NCBI RefSeq assembly: GCF_009914755.1
Contig: NC_060930.1
Strand: one strand, 5' to 3'
From: the human T2T-CHM13v2.0 reference genome, Homo sapiens
Length of the DNA stretch: 64,000 nt
Of the stretch, positions 32,255 through 44,547 are shown in pieces. How positions within the stretch are numbered: position 1 is the stretch's first letter; each line of letters starts with the position of its first letter. The notes under the pieces were generated by a model. The model was not told where the DNA came from, did no database searches, and saw only the letters and a list, made by a program, of their open reading frames with translations. The translations under genes and the position numbers were made by a program.

Positions 32255-34164
32255 TTTATTAGGAGAGAGGCCGCCTGTCTTTAGCAGAAGTAAGGAAGGG
32301 GTTTGACGGGAGGGAAAGAGCCGCTCCAGCGAGAAGGCGTGACCCCGCAGCTCCCTCGTCTCGGCTGCGGGAGCCAGGGGTGCCAGGGACAGGCGAGCGC
32401 AAGCCCAGGTCGCAAGGACGATGCTGGCACTCGCGTTCGAGCCAAGGGAGGATGCAGATCCCTCCCAAGTCTGTGGCCAGAAGAGGTCGTGCGGGGGTGA
32501 AGGCTGGGAGAGCTCCAGCTTCTTGCAAGCATCCGAAGTGATAAGCCTGAGCATCTGCACGATGAGAGCGAGTGCGGGGAAGCAGAGCCACCGAAGTGCT
32601 GGAAAGAAAATGGGCCAAATGACCCGGGCCAGCTGGAGGCTGCCACAGTTACCCCAAACGTCACTTCGTGGCAGAAGCCACAGGTCTAGATAGTAGACCG
32701 TTTGGAGAAAAGAGAAAAGAAAAGGAAAAAAAAAAAACCCAAAACAAACAAACAAAACAAAGCAAAACAAAAACAAAACCACATCAGCCAAGTTACAAAT
32801 GTGTTAGGGCATTTGGAAATGTAGATGTGGATAAAATAATATTCTTTACCTTGTACAAGACCTCATATTTTAAAAGTTACACTTTTATTTCTTTATAAAC
32901 TTTGGGGAACTACAGATTACAGGAAAAGTTGGCCCAAGTAGATTTCCATAGCATTTGGTTTCATAGAGGATTTGGGGCAATATATCCTTTATTAGGGAAT
33001 CAAACCTCTTCTTTTCATAAGTTCTGTATTGTGGAGTCTCATAGCTTCCTCCACTCTCTGACACCTGCTAGTGCCACAAAAGTTAACAGTATTTTCATCA
33101 CCAGCAGCAATCCCTGTTAACAGGCATTGGGAGGCAAGCGTTGAGGCTCAGGGTCTTTCTCCATTAAATCTGACAGTGAATTCTTGTGGAAGTTCTTTTT
33201 AAGTAATAGATGGAGGCCAGGGGTGTAGGGAAAAGTGTAATGGACCAGGATGGAAGTCATCTGTGCTCATTGTCCTCAAAGCACCTGGCCTCGTGTAGGG
33301 TACTCAGACTTCATAGGCCTGGTGTTTCATGGCAGAATTAGAAGCCACACCTGACTGTCAATGAAACCTCCACCCAGCTCCTAAAGTTTTGGGGTTCTGA
33401 CACCTTTCTTGAGGAAGGGAAATTCTGGGAGGAGGAAGGAGCAAAGGTACTACTGAGGATAAAATCAAGACATTTCAACATATATTGCATTAACATTTTC
33501 ACTTTATATTTCCAAACAATGAGGCCTAATAAATTTGGGTGGTCAGTTGGTAGAAGGGTGAATTCTCAGCTTCTGCTCAGGAAACTAGGAAGAACTGAAA
33601 GATTGAATGCTGCTCCTGTTACTAGCTGATCATTATATTTCTGACTGATGTGATAGGTTCAAAATGACATCATTGTGAACTGAAAATAGAATACCCTTGG
33701 CCAAATTTGTTCCCTGTTACGTAAATATAATGATTTTTGGGAAAAGTGGGCTTGTGGTATTTTGGATGGTCTAAAATATACCTTTAATAATATAAGGCCA
33801 CTGTGTCTGCAGAATTACTTTCCCCTGTTTTCCTCCATTCTTTTATTTTAGTGTCTGTCAAAACAAAACTTGTGGTTAGTAAACACATCCTCTCAATTTC
33901 CTCAGCCAATTTTGGCAGCAAGTATTTTTCGTAAATGTAAGTTCATGTAAAGTAAAAATTTTCCAAATCAAAATATGTTTATATCAAACACTTTTCTTTA
34001 CAGAGTATTATTTCAGTATACTTATACAATATTCTATGTCTGACACACAATGGCCACTCAATAAATATTGGTTGAATTAATGACCCAACCTGTTGTATCA
34101 AACAGGTAGTGTGATATTTAACGTACTGAATATTCTCATAGGAAAGCCAAGAGACAGTAGCATT

Positions 34165-34378
34165 CATAGTAAAAGCTAGTATTTATCACGCATGTGCCAG
34201 TCAGTGCATACACAGGGTGACATTCAATCTGCACAGCAACACTGTCGGTAGGTTCTATTGTTATTTCCATTTTCTGTATGGAAAAAATGAGGGCAAAGAG
34301 TTATGAAGGACACATAGCAAGCGAGGCAGGACTTCAACCCATGTCTGTCTGATTGCAATACCCATTGCATAGCACTAT
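34165..34378 (-). mobile_element. MIR SINE
   Basis: 'ctattgttatttccattttctgtatggaaaaaatgagggcaaagagtta...ggacttcaacccatgtctgtctga'. Confidence 0.75.
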
Positions 34379-34720
34379 GGGCAGTTTAAGGGAGAAAATG
34401 GAAGGACAGCCAAGATGCAAATGGGAATCTAAAGATCGGGACTGGCTAAAAACGATCCATCACATTTACATCCATAATTCCACTTTCCTTTTCTTGATAC
34501 TTGTACTCTGAGTATCTTGAGGAGCCAGCAGAGAAGGGAAATAATTCAAGCAGCTGGTTTGCTTTAACTCTACCTTTCCGTATTAATCCCCACTATGTGG
34601 CCTCCATTTATTTAGGGAACTAGACCCTCCCTGAGCTGGACAACAACTGGGAGTAATGTTGGTCGGACTCGCATCTTCCGGGCGTTTTCTCTTTCTTTAG
34701 CAGTTGTGCTATGTCTAGGC

Positions 34721-34898
34721 TAGTGGTTCCCAATGTGGGTCCTTGGACCTGCCGCATCAGCCTCACCTGGGAATTTGTCACAAATGTACATGCTAAGGTC
34801 TTATCCCAAAGCTGCTGAAGTCTGGGCACAGGGCCCAGCAATCTGTGCGTCAGCAAGTCCTCTAGGTGATTCCAACGCAGAGAATTTGAGAACCATTG
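34721..34898. mobile_element. MER5A hAT-Charlie MITE
   Basis: TIRs 'tagtggttccc...gagaaccattg' and internal 'gcatcagcctcacctggga'. Confidence 0.8.
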
Positions 34899-37719
34899 TT
34901 GTTGAGCAACAACAAAGTATTGCTTTCTGGAGGCTTCCCATGTATTTGAGAGAAAGGAGGAATGTGAGGCGGGGTGGGTAGATTTATAAAGTATTTAAAG
35001 GTACTTTAATACTTTAAAGTATTTAAAAATGTGATTTAAAAATGTACATGGTTTCAGTTTTTAATTTCAACTTTTAAAAATGCATCTTGTTTGCTACTTA
35101 AGCCCCACTGTTTTGAGGGAAGGACCAGCCAACGGCACCCACCCCAGCTGGCTTTAGACCTTCCAAGGTTAGGAGAGGTGTGACGTGAGGAGTAGGCTGA
35201 CGTGGGGCAACCGGAAAGCATAGTGTGGGGAAGGACGAGAACAGAGCCACTGATGATGCTTTCTCTTCCCCATAGGAGACAGTGGTGAACAGTCCTTCTT
35301 CCTAGTCAATTTGGGGAAAGGCAGAGTATGTTCTACTTAGAGAATGTTCTGCTGTAACACATTTGAAAAGAGTAAAGGAAGTGATGGGGAGGAAAATCAT
35401 GCAAGGATAACTGTTATCTTGATTTCCCACCCTGAGATTGGGTGGAGGGGGAGCACAAACATACATTGGGGTAATTAGAAATATATAGCAAATGCTACAC
35501 TTAAGCTTGGAGACCATGGTCTTTCCAATTCAGTGAATTTTTTTTTTTTGAAATGGCATTCAAACTTTGTTTTGCTATGGAAAACAAACAAAAAATCAAA
35601 TAAAATCTCCCCCAGAAATTAGGTTATGATGCAGCCTTGCTGCCAGTAGCCTTATTACTTATGAGCTGTGGAAATATCAAAAACTTGGAATAAGACTCAT
35701 TGATATAAACAGAATAAGCCAGATGGCTTACTACTGATCTTGTACAACCGACAAACTCTAATGATCTATCATCCAGCCTTGGATATGTGATTTAGACTTT
35801 ATGGGAGCTAAACTTGTTGGACTCATTCCCAGCTGATATGCTTTCCTTTCCATTTTTAATTTATACCACTTTAAATGGAGATATAGAACTTTAGTTCTCA
35901 GAATTGCCAATCTTTACGTATATTATATATGAGCCTGGCAATTTAGAGTCAAAAAATGAAAAGTATGTCATGTTATTGAATTTGAAATTCTCTAAGTTTA
36001 AGTGCATTTAAAGGAAAATGTGAAAATAGAGGTCCATATCTGTTACAAAATAGTTTCTTTGAACCTAAAAAGCCAAATTTTATTTTTCTTCTGCATTTCA
36101 CACATGGTATAAATATAATACTTTAGGCTCCAAACAGTAATCTAGGAAATGAATGCATAAAATATGACGTTATCAATAGAAATTGTTGACATAGAAAAAA
36201 TGATATTCTTGTTCATAGCTACAAGTTTATATTGTGGGGTTGGTTGGGGACACAGTGGCACTATATTAGAGAAAGGATAGAAAATGGAATTCAGCTATGG
36301 TAATCCGTTCTGTAAACAAATAGCATGAATGGTGAAAAGCAATCTGCCTTGTAAACTATTTTTTAATGTAGACTAGTCTTAGTATGAATTGTCTAAGAAC
36401 ACATATAAATGTGGATTATCTAAATACTGTCTTTCTTCAAATTCCCTGTCATCAATCCAGGCTTAAGACAGTGGTTAGTTTTGTTTTGGAGAAACTGGAA
36501 AGAAAGTGGTCAAGGTTTTTGAGTCCCAAAATAAATAGTATCTTTTGCTTCCTCAGAGGGAGACTGAAGGAGCAAAAACAGTAGCTTGACCTGCAGCTGT
36601 ACTGGTGGGTGTCCATGATGGACAATGAAAACGCATCTTATTTGATGGATTGTAGCTGCTAGAATTATTAGGAGTTACTGCTTTTTTTTTGTTTTTTGGA
36701 AAGAAGACTTGACCACAAATTAATTTTGTCATAAATATATTTATTTGTATTACATAGAAACTCGGCTTTAAGCAAACAGTGATATACATAAATCCCTTTT
36801 TATCAGAAATAGGGACAGAAACACTAACATTTCACAAAAATTCTTATTTGCAAAAGTCAATGTAGCAACTGTTTTGCAAGAGAATTCCAAATGAAGTACA
36901 TTTCAGCATTTGCTATTAGTTTTTAAACAGCTTTGTTGAGATATAATTCATATACCATATAATTCACCCATTTAAAGTTTTTAATAGTTTAATAGCTTTT
37001 AATATATTATAGATATGTGTAACCATTGCCACAATTTTAGATTTTCATCACCACAAGGAGAAACGCCATACCCTTTATCCAACACTTTTGCCCCATCAAC
37101 CCCAGTCCTAAGCAACCGCTAATTTACTTTCTGTCTGTATAGATTTGCCTATTCTTGGCATTTTATAGAAATAGAATAATATAATATGTGGTCTTTTGTG
37201 ATTGGCTTCTTTTACTTGACATAATGTTTTCAAGGTTCATTCATGTTATAGCATGTGTCAGTACTTCATTCTTTTTTATGGCTGAATAATATTTCCTAAG
37301 AATTTTTTTTATTGCGGAATAAAATGTTCCATAAGACTGTATGGATATTCCACATTTTGTTTATCCATTCACCCATTAATGGACATTTGGGTTGTTTTCA
37401 CCTTTTGTCTACTGTAAGTAGTGCTGCTATGAACATTTGTGTTGCAAGCTTTTGTTTCAACACCTGTTTTCTGTTCTTATGGGTATATACCTAGGAGTGG
37501 GATTGCTGAATCATATGGTAACTCTAAGTTTAAGTTATTGAGGAACTGCCAAGCTGTTTCTACAGTGGCTGCACCATTTTACATCCCCCGCCAAGAAAGT
37601 ATGAGAATTCCAATTTCTTCACATCCTCACTGCCATTTCTTATTTTCCATTTTTTTATTATAGCCATCTTAATGGGTATGAAGTGGTATATTCATTGGCG
37701 TTGTGTTTTGCATTAATGA

Positions 37720-38095
<376 letters not shown>

Positions 38096-38100
38096 ACTGA

Positions 38101-38387
38101 TTTTCTTTAAAAAATTTATTTCCATAGGTTTTAGGGGAACAGGTGGTATTTGGTTACGTGAGTAAGTTCTTTAGTGGTGATTTGTGAGATTTTTGTGCAC
38201 TCGTCACCCAAGGAGTATACACAGAACTCAATTTCTGGTCTTTTGTCCCTCACCCCCTTCCCACCCTTTCTCCCTGAGTCCCCAAAGTCCATTGTGTCAT
38301 TCTTATGCCTTTACATCCTCATAGCTTAGCTCCCACTTATGAGTGAGAACATATGATGTTGAGTTTTCCATTCCTGAGTTACCTCAG
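38101..38387 (-). mobile_element. L1PB-type 3' end fragment
   Basis: 'ggggaacaggtggtatttggttac...gagtaagttctttagtggtgatt...ccccaaagtccattgt'. Confidence 0.85.
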
Positions 38388-39277
38388 TTGCCTATTTTTG
38401 AATTGGGTTGTTTGTATTTGTGTTGTTGAGTTGTAAACATTATTTATATATTCTTAACAGTAGACCCTTTTCAGATATATGATCTTGCTATTAATTTGGG
38501 GGTTGGGAAATATGATACTGACTTAAATACAATACTGTTATGTATTGTTCACTATATTATAGGTGTTCACCTTATCAAGGAGCAAGAAATTAGTTTTATA
38601 TGTAAATGAGTTTTAAAGTGTTAAGTACGGTACCTGGGTATATAGTAAAACCTAAATAAACTCTAAAGATGGATTGAAAACAAGGATCTGTTCTAAAGAA
38701 TCCTGGGGGTCTTGTTTTACAGTTATGGATTACTTTGAATATTAAACACTTTACATTTATCTCTAAGGTATGATAATTCATGGATAGTTAACACTTAACC
38801 TATTTTAGAGATGTCACAAAGATTGCTGTGACTTGTATGTGGAATATGAATTTAGCTAATTTTTGAACAGCAGATTATAGTACAATGGTTATATTTTGTC
38901 TTTATATTTGCTCACTAGAATGGAGCCGATGAGCTCAGCAGGAGAAAACATTTGGGTTTATTATGTTCCTTATACAATATATGAAGCAACCAAGGAAATC
39001 TTAAGCATTCTCATGAAATTGGAATTCATATGCAATTTATTTTGTATTCATGTTGTGGTATAATATGAAGGACAAATATATAGGAACAGTATTTGCTACG
39101 TATGTTTCTCTTGAGTAAAATAACTTATGAGTTTTAAGAAGAAATATTGTTTTTACAAAAATGACAGAAAATTTTAGTAGGTTTCAAAAATATATATAAT
39201 CAAAATAAGAAGCTCTAAAATAACTGCAGTCAATTAGATGCTGCTTGGCCTCAGTTTGAATAACTGGCAACACTCTC

Positions 39278-40227
39278 TGAAATGGTCTGCCTCTATGTCT
39301 CTACCCAAATCTCATCTTGAATTGTAGTTCCCATAATCCCCACATGTTGTGGGAGGAACCCTGTGGGAGGTAATTGAATCATGGGGGCAGTTAACCCCCA
39401 TGCTGTTCTTGTGATAGTGAGTTCTCATGAGATCTGATGGTTTCTTTTTTTTTTCTTTTTTTTTTTAATACACATTCCCCAAAACTGGATTACTGGGGTC
39501 CAGTATTCCAATTATGAGCATTTTTAATTTATTAAATTTTGTTAAATATTTTAGATCAAAATGTTGAAGTAATTTACACATAATTCACATTTCCTGCCAC
39601 CTCCACAGAGCTAGATGTCATCTCTATAGTTCTGGTAATCATCCAGGTGAAAAATGGTAATATTTTTTAATTATACTTTAAGTTCTAGGGTACATGTGCA
39701 CAACGTGCAGGTTTGTTACATACGTATACATGTGCCATCTTGGTGTGCTGCACCCATTAACTCGTCATTTACATTAGGTATATCTCCTAATGCTATCCCT
39801 CCCCCCTCCCCCCACCCCACGACAGGCCCCGGTGTGTGATGTTCCCCTTCCTGTGTCCAAGTGTTCTCATTGTTCAATTCCCACCTATGAGTGAGAACAT
39901 GCGGTGTTTGGTTTTTTGTCCTTGTGATAGTTTGCTGAGAATAATGGTTTCCAGCTTCATCCATGTCCCTACAAAGGACATGAGCTCATCCTTTTTTATG
40001 GCTGCAAAGATCTGATGGTTTCATAAGGGGCTTTTCCCCTTTGCTCAGCACTTCTCTCTCCTGCCACCATGAGAAGAAGGATGTGTTTGCATCCCCTTCT
40101 GCCATCATTGTAAGTTTCTTGAGGCATACCCAGCCATGTGGAACTGTGAGTCAATTAAACCTCTTTCCTTTAAAAATCACCCACTCTCAGGTATGTCCTT
40201 ATAGCAGCATGAGAACGGACTAATACA
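39278..40227 (+). mobile_element. THE1 (THE1C-like) solo LTR split by an L1 insertion
   Basis: 'tgaaatggtctg...cccaaatctcatcttgaattgtag' to 'ggactaataca'. TSD ctctc / ctgtc. Confidence 0.92.
39445..40007 (-). mobile_element. 5'-truncated L1PA (L1PA4-like, 39663-40006) carrying ~195 bp of 3'-transduced sequence and a poly(A) tail
   Basis: 15-bp TSD agatctgatggtttc (39430-39444, 40008-40022) brackets poly(T), a non-L1 segment and an L1PA 3' UTR. Confidence 0.9.
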
Positions 40228-40818
40228 CTGTCATTCAAAATTACCAGGGAACCAGATATAGCTGCTTAGTCTTGAAGCTACGCCATACCTCTTGGTCTGT
40301 CTCAGGGTTTATATTGATTGTCTATAATTTCCCCAAAACTGCCACTGATTCATTTTTGTTGTCTCGCTGCCTGCTTAGACTTCTGCTAATGTCTTTGTAC
40401 TGATTGTTTAGGAAGGTACAATTCCAATTAGGATCTCTAAACTCCTGTAAGTATTTGTTTATTTCATGATCTCTTATGAAGTTTTGACATTCTACCTTGT
40501 ATTGTGATCATCTGTGAGCAAGCACCTTGAAGGGAGGAAGCTTATTCAGTGCTTCGCATCCCTGCTCTGACATCTCTTCTGGGTGCTCCACACAGGCCCT
40601 CAGGAAGTGGCTGTTGATTCAGTATATTTGCTGAGCAACTGTTCTTCACTAGGATTCCAAATCCTGCTTTGTTTGGTCTCTATTTAGAGAATATGGGGAG
40701 GGATGCCAAGAAGGACTCTAGCTCAGTTGATGCCTTTAGCCTATTTCTTTCTTGCTCTTTGAAGCTGATGCTCCAAGCAAATACATTACAACCACTTATG
40801 ACATATGAGTACATATAG

Positions 40819-40960
40819 TTTTGTTTAGAGGTGGTTGCCCATTCTAGAGTGTAGTGGTGCCATCAGAGCTCACTGCAGCCTCAACCTCCTGGGCTCAAGC
40901 CATCCTCCCACCTCAGCTTCTTGAGAAGCTGGGACTACAGGCACAAGCCATCATACCTGG
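40819..40960 (-). mobile_element. Old Alu monomer / AluJ-like right arm
   Basis: 'gctcactgcagcctcaacctcctgggctcaagccatcctcccacctcagc'. Confidence 0.85.
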
Positions 40961-41639
40961 TAACACAAACATTTCCTTCTGTGCACAGAGATAACTGTCC
41001 ACTTCTTACCTTTGGGCATTTGGAATTACACTTTTAGAGCTCTCTCTGTAATTAAGAATAGCTGAGATCAGTTTAGAGATTTGTGTGCATACAGTTAGAA
41101 TGCAAACTTCTTGTTACTTGTCATTTTCTGAAATCCTAGACCAGTTGTTTTGGAAGTTTGCAGAATAGCTGTTATTTCTGTAGGTTAGTGTCTTCTTTAG
41201 GTAGCAATTTGTGTTAAATTAGCCAGTATGTTTCAAGCATGACTTTAAGTCATGAAGGAGATGAGACCGTGGAATGATGTGATTTTTGAAATAGGGACTG
41301 AACAGAGTTTAACCTAGAACTGCAACACGACCATACTGTAAAATTAGGTCTCAATCCACCAACCCATTTACACTTGTTTGGTGAAAGATACTATAATAAC
41401 CTTAAGTCATGGCTTTGATTAGGCAATTCTTAGTTAATTCATTAATAGATGATTTAAATAACCTATTACCTTTAACTGTACTGCATTTCTGGAAACACCA
41501 TTGCTGTTTTTTAGTTCAAGGAGTACAATTTTCATAATCTTGATGAAAGAAAAATGAGAATATTCTGAGACATATGAATTCCTTTGTTCAGTCATTCAAC
41601 AAATATTCATGGAAGGCCTTCTTTGGGGCAGAAGCATCA

Positions 41640-41800
41640 GGCAGTAGGAAGGATATAGGTTTTGGAGCAGAGCTCCGGGTGTGAAGCACTGTGTTACCAT
41701 TTATTAGCTGGGACAGCTTGAATAATTTTATTAACTTCTCTGAACCTCTGATGTTTTGATGTATACAATAGGATTAATAATTGCTGTTTTACAGGATACT
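41640..41800 (+). mobile_element. MIR fragment
   Basis: 'catttattagctgggacagcttgaataattttattaacttctctgaacctc' MIR core. Confidence 0.6.
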
Positions 41801-43058
41801 TCTCTAACCCAAGGCCTGACATTTAAGTTCAACAATTGCCAATTTTCTCAGCTTGTTCTTTGCTTCCCTTTAACTCCCTCTTCATTTAGCACACATACAC
41901 ATATGAGTGTACACACACACTCATATCAGAACACAGCTGGGGGAGTATACAGATTCACTGATAACCTGACTTCCAATTGAAAGAAGCAATCAAACCTAGA
42001 AATACACAATTACTTCACTAGTATTTGGCAAGGGCTCTTCAACACCTGACAAGTTCCAGTAATTCATCCATCCCACTAATTACATATATGTACCCCTTCC
42101 TGCTTCTTCTCTTCTGCTTCCTGGAGATAGTCTTTAAATGACACATTTTTTGCACAGCCTGATTTCCTCTGTTTTGAATTTATCCACACTACTTTTTTTG
42201 TTCCTGCATTCACAAAATAAAAATAGCTGTGTGGAGGGAGTATGCTGGCGCTTACTCTCTGGGATAGCCAGCTGTTCTAGGATTGCACTAGTGATCCATA
42301 AGATACATCCTTTCAGAAATAATCACAATGCCAGGCATACACTGTGCCTGCTCCCAGAACTTCCCCCATTCATGACGAAACTACCACGTCCAGTAGTACG
42401 CCCACTTTCTTTTCTCAGTTCCCACTTCCCTCTCATTGACAGTCAGAGCAAGAGCAGTGAACCGCAGAAGCAGATCTTGTGTCTTCACTTGCTTGTTTCC
42501 CAAGCTCAGCCTCTCTGTGTTGCCTTGCTCTGTTAGCCTCCAGTAGGTGTTGCGGCAAGTGAGAGCCATACCATCTGGCATGGCCAATCACCCAGTTCCT
42601 TGAGCAGTTGAAGGCAAATGCTGATTTTACATTATTTCGTAGAAAGTTGTATTTTGTTTGGGGACCTTAAAAACCCTGACCTTGTCATCCAGCACAGAGC
42701 TTCCTGCTTTAACACAAAGGCTGTTTGACATGAATGCCTTCCCATTGGATAAACAGAACCGTCAGGCAGAGCCATGCGGCTGGATGGAGGGGGCACTAGG
42801 CCTGGGTGTGCAGGGTGACCCGACAATAAGTCAGTTGTTGGTGTTAAGTCATGTGAGCCTCCAAGGCTTCAGTGTCTTCATCTCTACAATGAAGGAGTTT
42901 CATTAGATCCATGATTCTCAGCTGTTTCCGTTCCTTAGGACCCTCATCCATAGCAGTGTTTCCACAGGGTCTTGACTGTCCCTATGGGAATACATCTCAG
43001 TGGCCAGGAGAGGGAGAAAGGGCATGGCATTGGAAGTCCTTTTAAAAAAGTCCCTGAG

Positions 43059-43361
43059 CTCACGCCTGTAATCCCAGCACTTTGGGAGGCCGAGGTGGGT
43101 GGATCACGAGGTCAGGAGATCGAGACCATCCTGGCTAACATGGTGAAACCCCGTCTCTACTAAAAAATACAAAAAAATTAGCCGGGCGTGGTCGCGGGCG
43201 CCTGTAGTCCCAGCTACTAGGGAGGCTGAGGCAGGAGAATGTCATGAACCCAGGAGGCGGAGCTTGCAGTGAGCCGAGATCGCACCGCTGCACTCCAGCC
43301 CGGGCGACAGAGCGAGACTCCATCCCAAAATAAATAAATAAATAAAAATAAAAAAATAAAA
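43059..43361 (+). mobile_element. AluY (first of tandem pair; ~15 nt missing at 5' end)
   Basis: 'ggatcacgaggtcaggagatcgagaccatcctggctaac', 'ggagcttgcagtgagc' and (TAAA)n tail. Confidence 0.95.
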
Positions 43362-43367
43362 GAATGC

Positions 43368-43859
<492 letters not shown>

Positions 43860-44506
43860 TTAAAAATTGCAGAAGTCAAGTGACCAAGGCAAGTAGAATA
43901 CACAAAAACATTTTAGGCCATCGTTGTCATTTTCTGAGTCTTAATCATAGTTAAATTTTTTCTAAAATTAAAATCAGCAGTGCGTTTCCTCCACCTCCGC
44001 CAGAACTTGCTCTAGAAATTAGGGGAAGCAGAATGTCCCCAGGAAGTCCTAAGAGAGAAGAAGCAGAGTAAGACATGGGTTTCCAGAGTTTAGAGTCTCA
44101 CTATGTGATAGGTGAAAGCTGTGTTGTTGATGAGGATTTGCACAGCCTCCTCCCGGTTGCCTGCTACTGACCATCCCATTTCACTGTGGGCAGCTCCAGT
44201 GGGTAAGAGGGTTCTTCACAGTGTGGTGAGCTACTCCTTTCTAGCCTCCATCCATTTTTTGCTGTTCTTCTGGAAGCTATATAGGCTTGTCTATTGGACT
44301 TTATAGTCTTCAAATAATTGAAGATACTAAAATGACTATTATGTCTACCCTGCTCTGCTACACACATAAATCTTGTCCAGACAAATAGGTCTGTTTACCA
44401 GTACTTTCTCATCAGAAGTCATTTGAAGACACAGAAAGTAAAAACCACAAAGAAAAAAAAAACTATATTAAAGTGAAAGCTCAACAGTAACACCCCATAA
44501 CCATAG

Positions 44507-44547
44507 CAAAACAAAACAAAACAAAACAAAACAAAACAAAAAAAAAC
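44507..44547 (+). repeat. (CAAAA)n pentanucleotide repeat within an old L1 fragment (~44450-44706)
   Basis: About 7 CAAAA units. Flanking 'aaatgggcagag...tcacagaagaggagacacggctggccagtaagcaca' is L1-like. Confidence 0.8.

Larger units (their letters stand above)
30500..32700. promoter_or_regulatory. CpG island / UST promoter region
   Basis: Very high GC and CpG density against a CpG-depleted background, several GC boxes (ccgccc / gggcgg), and it surrounds the first coding exon. Confidence 0.93.

Noticed and set aside
30062-32791. Many overlapping ORFs on both strands around the promoter
   Set aside because: Expected in GC-rich DNA. None has a recognisable domain, and a divergent lncRNA cannot be supported from sequence alone.
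34985-35045. Short AT-rich hairpin and direct repeats (aaagtatttaaag / ctttaatacttt)
   Set aside because: Too short and AT-rich to distinguish from local slippage.
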